The translations under genes and the position numbers were made by a program. From a virus: 64,000 bases of DNA. The DNA is taken from positions 58,133-122,132 of IMG/VR virus record IMGVR_UViG_3300034418_011550. One strand, written 5' to 3'. Shown here piece by piece: positions 57,160-64,000 of this stretch; position 1 is the first letter of the stretch, and every line of letters begins with the position of its first letter. The notes beneath the pieces are model-generated. The model was not told the DNA's origin. It worked only from the letters and a program-made list of their open reading frames with translations, and did not search any database.

Positions 57160-58098
57160 ATGAAAAAACTATTCTCTTTATTGGCCGTGTTAGCGACTGT
57201 GGTGAGTGCTCAAGCCAAATGTGACTGGTCTGGTTACTGGATGAAAACAGTTAACCAGCAACAAAATGTTTACACATTCCAAACAAATGTCGATTGGGAC
57301 TCGTGTGTTGATTACTGGTGGATTGTCTATGATTATCAATTGAAGAGAAAAGACACTCTATCGGATTTTAGTGGTTTCACACAGGTTCAATTTAATGCTA
57401 AAGGTAAGTATAAAGTTATTTTGCATGTGTTTGACCAATGTAACAAATGTGATACTAACTTCATTCAAGAGGTTGATATAACCATTTATGGCAAGGCAGA
57501 TGTAGGATATAGCGTTGGCGCGCATAACTGTCGTTATTATACGTTTGAAATGACTAATATGAAGGATTCTTGTGTTGAGTATTATTATTCAATTTATAAG
57601 AGTGATTTGTTTGATTCGTTGTATGGTTATTGGGACACAGCTAAAAACTTAACTGAGTGGTTGTATAACAATTATGATTTTGATGAGGCTGATTTGGTTT
57701 ATTATAATATGAGCTCTCAACGAGTTGTAACTCATGAGTTTGCAGATTCAGGTCGTCATTTGTTGATTGGGTATTGGTATAATAAATGTACTAAGATTGA
57801 TACTTGGGTAATGCGTAAAGTAGATGTTTGTGTAAGTAGACCTGTTAATGGACTAACACCAATTTCACCTTCAGTAGGTGGTATGGTTCGTCCTAATCCT
57901 GCTAGTTGTGAGTTTTATATTACAGATACTCGTACACCTATGGAGTATATGATTCTAAACACATCAGGAACAATTATTGCAATGGGTAATACTAGTCCTT
58001 TTGAACAAACTCGTATTGAAAGTTGTAGTTGGCCAAACGGTGTCTACTATATTTGGGTTATGGGCCTCGGCCGAGAACTAATTATGATTCAACATTAA
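57160..58098 (+). CDS. Secreted Cys/Tyr-rich protein with PKD-like repeats and a type IX secretion C-terminal sorting domain
   Basis: Signal peptide ending AQA; two repeated beta-rich units; C-terminal VRPNPA..F.I...Y.ILNTSG..I..G...I....WPNGVYYI.V....LIMIQH. Confidence 0.65.
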   Translation: MKKLFSLLAVLATVVSAQAKCDWSGYWMKTVNQQQNVYTFQTNVDWDSCVDYWWIVYDYQLKRKDTLSDFSGFTQVQFNAKGKYKVILHVFDQCNKCDTNFIQEVDITIYGKADVGYSVGAHNCRYYTFEMTNMKDSCVEYYYSIYKSDLFDSLYGYWDTAKNLTEWLYNNYDFDEADLVYYNMSSQRVVTHEFADSGRHLLIGYWYNKCTKIDTWVMRKVDVCVSRPVNGLTPISPSVGGMVRPNPASCEFYITDTRTPMEYMILNTSGTIIAMGNTSPFEQTRIESCSWPNGVYYIWVMGLGRELIMIQH

Positions 58099-58141
58099 TT
58101 GTAATTTAAACGTAATATTACCGTAATCGGTTACATGTGTG

Positions 58142-58166
58142 AGGTCGCTATTTATTAGCGACCTTT
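58142..58166 (+). terminator. Stem-loop, probable intrinsic terminator or processing site
   Basis: AGGTCGCTA-TTTAT-TAGCGACCT followed by TT. Confidence 0.6.
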
Positions 58167-58176
58167 CGCATACATT

Positions 58177-58599
58177 ATGAAAAAAGCATTATTCATTCTG
58201 TTTTCGCTATTGACAGTCACTTCTTACGCTCAAAACTTGGGGTACGAAATGAGAACGAATGGCAAATCTTATTTAACTACAAGTCAATCTGGATTTGAGT
58301 TGCGTCACCGAACTGACCTTCAGGAAAATCGAGTTACTTACCGTTACAACATTCACAAGGAGAATAAATTATTCTTAAGTGTTCCTCTACACTACAAGAT
58401 TGAAAAACACGCTCCTACTTTAGAACCGAGATTAGTTTATCATGCCGACAAATACTCTATTTGGGTACAGCAGGAATTTTGGTACCATGAATGGGATAAT
58501 ACAGCAGTAGCTTTAGATATCTCTAAAGGTAATATGAAATACAGAATAGGATGGGACACATCCAAAACCGTTCGTTTTAGATTAACAGTTAAAATTTAA
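58177..58599 (+). CDS. Small outer-membrane beta-barrel-like protein
   Basis: Signal peptide ending SYA|Q; alternating amphipathic strands; terminal VRFRLTVKI. Confidence 0.55.
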   Translation: MKKALFILFSLLTVTSYAQNLGYEMRTNGKSYLTTSQSGFELRHRTDLQENRVTYRYNIHKENKLFLSVPLHYKIEKHAPTLEPRLVYHADKYSIWVQQEFWYHEWDNTAVALDISKGNMKYRIGWDTSKTVRFRLTVKI

Positions 58600-58604
58600 T
58601 AGTC

Positions 58605-59543
58605 ATGAATATATTTGCATTAATTGGTTTCTTATTAGCTGGTTACTCAGTAATCGCTAACGATAGTGTTCAAACATTAGGAACATGGATTGCTTCAAAC
58701 AGAGAAAGATTTAAATGGTACACATTATGGATTTCAGCCTCATTAGTATTAGCCATTACTTTATGGTATAGTTGGTATACAACAGGTGGTGATATTTCAT
58801 TTGGACGTTTATCTAAAATCCCATTTCAAGAAGCAAAATGGTATCACGCTTTAGCACCTTTAGCATTGATTGCTTTAACTAGAAAAGGAATACCAGTTTC
58901 AACTTCATTCCTAGTATTATCAGCATTTGCCTCATCATTTGTTTTAGAATCAATGTTGATGAAGAGTGTTGTTGGGTATGGAGTAGCAGCAGTAGCAGCA
59001 TTTGCTATTTGGTTTATTTTATCTAAATTCTTAAATGAAAAAAAGGATGTTAAAGATTCACACAAACCTTACTGGAGAGTTGCTCAATGGTTAACAACCG
59101 GATTTTTATGGTACACTTGGCTGGCTCATGATATTGCAAATATTGCTGTTTATTTACCTAGAGTGTTATCATTAGGTGAATTAGGAATGATTATTGGATT
59201 ATTCACAGCAGTACTAGGTTATATATTTTATGAGCGTGGTGGTAAAATACAGCAGCTATTAATTGATAAACAAAATACTAAATATGTTCGTTCAGCAACC
59301 ATTATTGATTTAGTTTATGCTTTTATTTTACTATACTTTAAAGAAATGAACAGCATTCCAATGTCAACCACTTGGGTATTTGTTGGATTACTTTCAGGTA
59401 GAGAATTAGCTTTAAGAAATGCATTTAAAAAGAATGGAGAGATTAGAACAGTGTTTCCAATGGTGTTAAAAGACTTTGGTAAACTCTTAATAGGAATGTT
59501 AGTATCAGTAGCTATAGTATTAGGTATTCATTATTTTCTTTAA
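58605..59543 (+). CDS. PiT/PHO4-family-like inorganic phosphate transporter
   Basis: Many TM helices; repeated signature ANDSVQTLGT / AHDIAN and PVSTS / PMSTT. Confidence 0.65.
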   Translation: MNIFALIGFLLAGYSVIANDSVQTLGTWIASNRERFKWYTLWISASLVLAITLWYSWYTTGGDISFGRLSKIPFQEAKWYHALAPLALIALTRKGIPVSTSFLVLSAFASSFVLESMLMKSVVGYGVAAVAAFAIWFILSKFLNEKKDVKDSHKPYWRVAQWLTTGFLWYTWLAHDIANIAVYLPRVLSLGELGMIIGLFTAVLGYIFYERGGKIQQLLIDKQNTKYVRSATIIDLVYAFILLYFKEMNSIPMSTTWVFVGLLSGRELALRNAFKKNGEIRTVFPMVLKDFGKLLIGMLVSVAIVLGIHYFL

Positions 59544-59567
59544 TAAACATTTTTATATAATAATTTG

Positions 59568-59593
59568 GAGGGGCGAAAGTCCCTCTTTATATT
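59568..59593 (+). terminator. GAAA-tetraloop hairpin overlapping the thyA promoter
   Basis: GAGGGGC-GAAA-GTCCCTC inside TTGGAG-N17-TATATT. Confidence 0.6.
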
Positions 59594-59600
59594 CCGCTAT

Positions 59601-60617
59601 ATGAATCGTTTAGATAAAGACTATCAACAATTACTCCAAGATATTATTGAGTTTGGAGTTGATAAAAAGGATCGAACAGGGACTGGTACTAAGTCTCTGT
59701 TCGGTTATACTATTCGCCACAACATGAGGAATGGTTTTCCATTGCTGACTACTAAAAAAATAGCTTTTAAAACTATGACAACTGAGTTGTTATGGTTCTT
59801 AAGAGGAGATACGAACATCAAATATTTGGTTGATAATGGATGTAACATTTGGAATGGTGATGCATATAAAAACTATGAGAAATACGCAATGGCTAATTCT
59901 TATGGTGTTGATATTTTATCAATGGATGAGTTTATCAACGAAATCAAAACCAATGATGAGTTTGCTAAAAAGTGGGGTGAGTTAGGTCCTATCTATGGTA
60001 AACAATGGAGAAGTTGGGATTTTCCTGAAGTGAATGGATACTTTGGTCCTATTGATCAAATAAAAATATTAATCCAATCCTTAAAAACAAACCCAGACTC
60101 AAGACGATTAATGGTTAATGCTTGGAATGTAGGTAAGTTACATGAAATGGTTTTACCTCCTTGCCATTATGGATTTCAAGTTTATACAAGAGAATTAAAT
60201 GAGAAAGAAAGAATAGATATACTTCATATTAAACATGGAGATAAAGGTTATCATATTCAGAATGGATTTAATATGTTAGATGAATTGGATATTCCAACCC
60301 GAGCAATCTCCTTAATGTGGAATCAAAGATCAGTTGATACATTCCTGGGTTTACCATTCAATATTGCTTCTTATGGTTTATTACTTGAGATGCTTGCTAA
60401 AGAGGTAAATATGATTCCTGATCAATTAATTGGTAATCTAGGCGATGTCCATTTATACTCAAATCATATTGAACAAGCAAAAGAGCAGATAGAAAGAAGG
60501 CCGATGAAGCTACCCACAATTGAAATAGGTGAATTAGATATACTAAAAGGAAGTGCAGAAATTGAATTAAAGAATTACTTACACCACTCAGCAATCAAAG
60601 CACCTCTTTCAAATTAA
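59601..60617 (+). CDS. thyA: Thymidylate synthase
   Basis: FPLLTTKK, ELLWF, GPIYGKQWR, LPPCH, QRSVD, PFNIASY, GDVHLY. Start moved to 59601, downstream of a promoter/hairpin. Confidence 0.95.
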   Translation: MNRLDKDYQQLLQDIIEFGVDKKDRTGTGTKSLFGYTIRHNMRNGFPLLTTKKIAFKTMTTELLWFLRGDTNIKYLVDNGCNIWNGDAYKNYEKYAMANSYGVDILSMDEFINEIKTNDEFAKKWGELGPIYGKQWRSWDFPEVNGYFGPIDQIKILIQSLKTNPDSRRLMVNAWNVGKLHEMVLPPCHYGFQVYTRELNEKERIDILHIKHGDKGYHIQNGFNMLDELDIPTRAISLMWNQRSVDTFLGLPFNIASYGLLLEMLAKEVNMIPDQLIGNLGDVHLYSNHIEQAKEQIERRPMKLPTIEIGELDILKGSAEIELKNYLHHSAIKAPLSN

Positions 60618-60621
60618 TTAT

Positions 60622-61278
60622 ATGAATTATAGAGACTCAGACCCAAATTCAGAATGGGGCATTATTAAATCTGATCAAATAAGTTACAATATAAGGGATA
60701 AAAGATTCTTTGTAGTAGATAACTTTTATGAGGATCCTTATCAAATTAGAGAATTTGCTCTACAACAAACTTATTTTGAAGGTGAAGGAGCAGTAGGTTT
60801 TAGAACACGTAAACAATATCTCTTTGGTGGACTTAAAGAGCAATTTGAAAGTATAATGGGTATTAAAATACAAGAACATACTGATGATGGTTATGGGTGG
60901 TATGACTCTGGTATTAATGGTCGTTTTCAATTTTGCCCAGCAGGCACTCCAAGTGTTTACCATTGTGATTCTCAAAAATGGGCTGCTGTTATTTACTTAA
61001 CACCTGATGCTCCTCCATCTGGTGGTACTAGTTTTTTTAGACATAAGGAAACTAAAATACATCATAACTCTCAAATCGACTGGTCAACAGGTATAGGTGA
61101 AAAAGTATTTAATCAAAAAACATTTTTAGATGGCTCTCCTTATGAAATGGTTGATACAGTTGGTAATGTTTTTAATAGGCTAGTTATTTTTGATGGAGGC
61201 CTTATTCATTCAGGCATAAATTATTTTGGATGGGATTTAGAATCTAGTAGGTTGTTTCATATATTTTTCTTTAGTTAA
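60622..61278 (+). CDS. 2-oxoglutarate/Fe(II)-dependent oxygenase
   Basis: HCD...YLTP...GGTSF...FNRLVIFDG.LIHS...R (HxD...H triad). Confidence 0.8.
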   Translation: MNYRDSDPNSEWGIIKSDQISYNIRDKRFFVVDNFYEDPYQIREFALQQTYFEGEGAVGFRTRKQYLFGGLKEQFESIMGIKIQEHTDDGYGWYDSGINGRFQFCPAGTPSVYHCDSQKWAAVIYLTPDAPPSGGTSFFRHKETKIHHNSQIDWSTGIGEKVFNQKTFLDGSPYEMVDTVGNVFNRLVIFDGGLIHSGINYFGWDLESSRLFHIFFFS

Positions 61279-62060
61279 TGAATTCAATACCAGTAATAGG
61301 AGTAGCTATAGTGAATGGTTTTCACTGGTTAGAAAGGTTAGTTGACAGTATAGACTATCCTGTAGATAATTTTGTTATTTTTAATAATAATGGAAAAGGT
61401 GAGCTTACTAGTCAATTAGATGAATTAGTTAGCAAAAAACACCCTTATATAAGTAATATAAACGTTTGTCATTTACCTGCTAATATTGGGTGTGGGGGAG
61501 CATGGAACTTAATTATTAAGTCATATATGAAAGCTCCTTACTGGATTATATCAAGCCATGATACTGCTTTTGTTCCTGGTTTATTAGAAGAAATGGCTCA
61601 AGTAGCTTCTGACTCTGAAGTTGGAATGATTCATCCTAATGGGGGTGATTTTGGAGATGGTAGTTATGATTTATTTTTAATTAAGGATTGGGTTGTTCAA
61701 AGCCATGGTTTATTTGATGAAAATCTTTATCCTGCTTATTGTGAGGATGCTGATTATATTATGAGAGTTCATAACAAACCATTCAAACGAGTAACTCAAT
61801 TATCTAAAATTCATTTACATGGTAATGGCCCAGCTAATGAGTATTATACTTATGGTGCCCAAACTAAAAAAGCAACACCTGAATTGAATACTAGATTAGA
61901 TAATATAAATGAAACTAATTTTAAATATTTAAATCAAAAATGGGGACCAGGTTGGAGGATGACTAATCCTTACAAACATCCAATGAACCGAGTAGGTGTT
62001 CCATTAGGCTATACAACATATGATTTAGAGTTTGTAAGGAGTAAATATTTAGGGTTCTAA
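61278..62060 (+). CDS. GT2-like glycosyltransferase
   Basis: SIDYPVD, NIGCGGAWN, SHD, GLFDENLYPAYCEDADY. Confidence 0.8.
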   Translation: MNSIPVIGVAIVNGFHWLERLVDSIDYPVDNFVIFNNNGKGELTSQLDELVSKKHPYISNINVCHLPANIGCGGAWNLIIKSYMKAPYWIISSHDTAFVPGLLEEMAQVASDSEVGMIHPNGGDFGDGSYDLFLIKDWVVQSHGLFDENLYPAYCEDADYIMRVHNKPFKRVTQLSKIHLHGNGPANEYYTYGAQTKKATPELNTRLDNINETNFKYLNQKWGPGWRMTNPYKHPMNRVGVPLGYTTYDLEFVRSKYLGF

Positions 62061-62073
62061 ATATGTATGTGTA

Positions 62074-62511
62074 GTGAAAACTACATTACAAACTAAGTAC
62101 TCATTATTCTTTGCTGATGGCACAAGATTAACTTATGGCAACTGCTTAGTAGCATGTATTGCCTCTATATTAGAAGAACAAATTGATGAAGTCCCTAATA
62201 TTTATACTTTTTATGGATTAGATGACCCTGAGAATACTGAAACTGAAAATCATTTATGGTTTAAAGTAATTAACTTATGGTTGGAGAAAAAATATAAAAA
62301 AGTATTAATTAAACATAAAATGGATGAAGAAACAAATGAAGAATTTGTAATTGTGAGAGGATTATCAATGAAAATGAAACCTCACACTTGTATTTACAAA
62401 AATGAAAACGGAAAACTACTTCCGCACTTTGATCCTCATCCTACGAAACAATATTTGCATCAAACGCAATTCTATTTTACTATAGAAAATATTTGGAAAT
62501 CTTCTTTATAA
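62074..62511 (+). CDS. Hypothetical protein (papain-like Cys...His pattern)
   Basis: GNCLVACIAS...PHTCIY...HFDP. Confidence 0.4.
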   Translation: MKTTLQTKYSLFFADGTRLTYGNCLVACIASILEEQIDEVPNIYTFYGLDDPENTETENHLWFKVINLWLEKKYKKVLIKHKMDEETNEEFVIVRGLSMKMKPHTCIYKNENGKLLPHFDPHPTKQYLHQTQFYFTIENIWKSSL

Positions 62512-62549
62512 AACTTGGCTAATCTGTTAATTTTTGTTATATTAATAGC

Positions 62550-62843
62550 ATGAAACGAGACAGTATCAAAGCTCTTATAGTTTTAAATTTATTGTTAGTG
62601 TTAGGTGTTTACCTTCAACATAAATACTCTAATGAAAGTAAACTCATTTTAGTTAACACAACTGAAACATGGAACACAGTAGATTCAACATGGTTTACTA
62701 AATCTGGTCAAGAACATTCATTACAAACCAGTTACAAATATTATGGTCATTTAACTGATGGATCAACTATAACTTCTAATAAACCTATTCAGGTTGGTGA
62801 TAGTGTTAAATATATTTACTACCATTATAAAAAAACTAAATAA
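62550..62843 (+). CDS. Small membrane-anchored protein
   Basis: N-terminal TM helix; follows the promoter at 62515. Confidence 0.5.
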   Translation: MKRDSIKALIVLNLLLVLGVYLQHKYSNESKLILVNTTETWNTVDSTWFTKSGQEHSLQTSYKYYGHLTDGSTITSNKPIQVGDSVKYIYYHYKKTK

Positions 62844-62846
62844 GTT

Positions 62847-63080
62847 ATGGAAAACAAAATTATTGAACTTGATCTCCATGGTGTTAAACATGAGGATGTA
62901 ATCTGGATAGTAGAGGAGTGGGCTTTAATGTGGGACTATAGGATTGAAGGATTTGCTGGTAAAATTATTACTGGTAATAGTATAAAAATGAAAACACTAG
63001 CTGAAGGTGCTTTACTTAAACATGGGTTTGAATTTAAACATATGAGTGATGGATCAATATTAGTAAATGGTAAAATATGA
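62847..63080 (+). CDS. Stand-alone Smr-domain-like protein
   Basis: ELDLHG...KIITGNS. Confidence 0.6.
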   Translation: MENKIIELDLHGVKHEDVIWIVEEWALMWDYRIEGFAGKIITGNSIKMKTLAEGALLKHGFEFKHMSDGSILVNGKI

Positions 63081-63216
63081 AAATAATAGCAATTTCTTGG
63101 GTAGTATTAGTTTTACTTATTGGGTTGTATTTAAGCACTAAAAAAGTAAAAGATGATGAGTGAGTTTGGCTTATCCAAATTTTGATGTTATATTTCCATC
63201 ATTAAAATAAAAGGTT

Positions 63217-63405
63217 ATGAGATATACATTAAAAGATTTTTATACATTAGATGATATGTATTACTTCCCCAACATCCAGGAGGGTATTTGGGTTGATCAA
63301 GATGAAGCTCAACAAATTATTGATGAAATGAATGAAGAGCTAGAATGGGATGATTCACAAGCACAAGATGATGCTGCAATGGAAGATTTTAGTTTTGGAA
63401 TATGA
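63217..63405 (+). CDS. Acidic hypothetical protein
   Basis: Follows the promoter at 63166; AAAGGTTATG start. Confidence 0.45.
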   Translation: MRYTLKDFYTLDDMYYFPNIQEGIWVDQDEAQQIIDEMNEELEWDDSQAQDDAAMEDFSFGI

Positions 63406-63857
63406 AAGTAGAATACACTAATCGTTACAATGATACTTTTACCTTTACCCTACAAGAGGATGGAAACATCTTATGGGAAGGTGAATTTGAGTATTGCCGT
63501 TTTGCATGGCCTAATGTTTATAAGGATGCTTATCAAGCATACAGAAAGGATGGAGGTCAGATGCATATTGATGAATTTAAGAAAGCAGTCCATGAATATA
63601 ATAATGAAACATTTGAATATACCCCATTAGCTAAACAATACGGACCATTAGTTTATTCAGATACTAAAAGCATTTGTATGGTTGATCCATCAGGTGGTCC
63701 TTATATTAGTTCAGGTATGGATATGGGTATGTTTGAGGATGAGTTTAAAGGTAGAATTGTTAGGTCATTTGTCCCTGTTGAAACTGGGTATTTGATTCAA
63801 ACATACGGTAAGTTTGATCATTTAGAGGATAGAGATATTATAGGAGGTATTATATGA
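63402..63857 (+). CDS. Hypothetical protein
   Basis: ORF track; VDPSGGPYI. Confidence 0.5.
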   Translation: MKVEYTNRYNDTFTFTLQEDGNILWEGEFEYCRFAWPNVYKDAYQAYRKDGGQMHIDEFKKAVHEYNNETFEYTPLAKQYGPLVYSDTKSICMVDPSGGPYISSGMDMGMFEDEFKGRIVRSFVPVETGYLIQTYGKFDHLEDRDIIGGII

Positions 63858-64000
63858 GAACTAAATTTGAAATAAAAGACAATAGAACATTTAGTGAAAA
63901 AGCTAAATCGTTTGGACAAAGTATGTTATTTTGGAGAGGTCGTAAGAAAGGTATGATTCATACTCGTAGTTTGGAATGGGGTGATTTACGATACATCTTC
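63854..64000 (+). CDS. Partial CDS running off the window end
   Basis: MRTKFEIKDNRTF... open to 64000. Confidence 0.45.
   Translation, partial: MRTKFEIKDNRTFSEKAKSFGQSMLFWRGRKKGMIHTRSLEWGDLRYIF

Larger units (their letters stand above)
7045..63194 (+). promoter_or_regulatory. Dispersed promoter family (T)TTGGCY-N17-TATATT, 18 copies
   Basis: Upstream hexamer starts at 7045, 8815, 10795, 16479, 17425, 23354, 25036, 25593, 29262, 30752, 52405, 53544, 55257, 55418, 56737, 59565, 62515 and 63166; I counted a 17-nt spacer in each. Confidence 0.85.

Noticed and set aside
11871-60617. Introns or inteins in the helicase, RNR, polB or thyA
   Set aside because: All are uninterrupted, of normal length, and lack recognisable intein or LAGLIDADG signatures.
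6084-60975. The minus-strand ORFs and nested short plus-strand ORFs in the track (e.g. 6084-6278, 9040-9327, 27584-27946, 33555-33794)
   Set aside because: They lie inside or antisense to well-supported genes, have no motifs, start context or promoters, and read as shadow frames.
1-64000. Stop-codon reassignment (alternative genetic code)
   Set aside because: Conserved genes are full length under code 11, and TAA, TAG (e.g. polB) and TGA all act as stops.
1-64000. tRNA genes, integrase, transposase or att sites
   Set aside because: Intergenic gaps are short, and I saw no cloverleaf with a TTCGA T-loop, no recombinase motif and no transposase motif.

Overview
This is a 64-kb, AT-rich, gene-dense segment of a large lytic dsDNA phage with a contractile tail; all credible genes are on the + strand. 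The host is most likely a Bacteroidota (Flavobacteriia-like) bacterium. Evidence: A-rich start contexts without a Shine-Dalgarno (AAGGTTATG/AAGTTATG), TTTG-N20-TAnnTT promoters, Ala-Gln signal-peptide junctions and a T9SS-type C-terminal sorting domain. Modules in order: (1) baseplate/tail genes (67-7043); (2) T4-like replication and recombination genes: divergent family-A polymerase, SSB, RecA/UvsX, 5'-3' exonuclease, DnaB-like helicase, class II RNR (7091-15109); (3) a 7-deazaguanine (preQ0) DNA-modification locus with a TGT/DpdA-fold gene, queC, queD, queE, folE, an HPRT-like enzyme, thioredoxins and a dUTPase (18255-24753); (4) family-B polymerase, sliding clamp, Hsp20/GroES/GroEL and clamp loader (25629-35210); (5) a ~13.5-kb glycosylation island with an apparent branched-chain deoxysugar pathway: ColD-like dehydratase, TPP enzyme, PanB-like enzyme, reductase and a GT10-like transferase (36883-50417); (6) a small-gene accessory region, a T9SS-cargo / outer-membrane barrel / PiT-transporter cassette, and thyA followed by a 2OG-Fe(II) oxygenase and a glycosyltransferase (50569-64000). 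Non-coding highlights: 18 copies of a fixed-spacing promoter, GNRA hairpins overlapping promoters, a 32-bp-phased triple repeat, and an inverted repeat bracketing hsp20 with an alternative pairing that covers its ribosome-binding region. All functional calls come from motif recognition by eye; no database searches were run.
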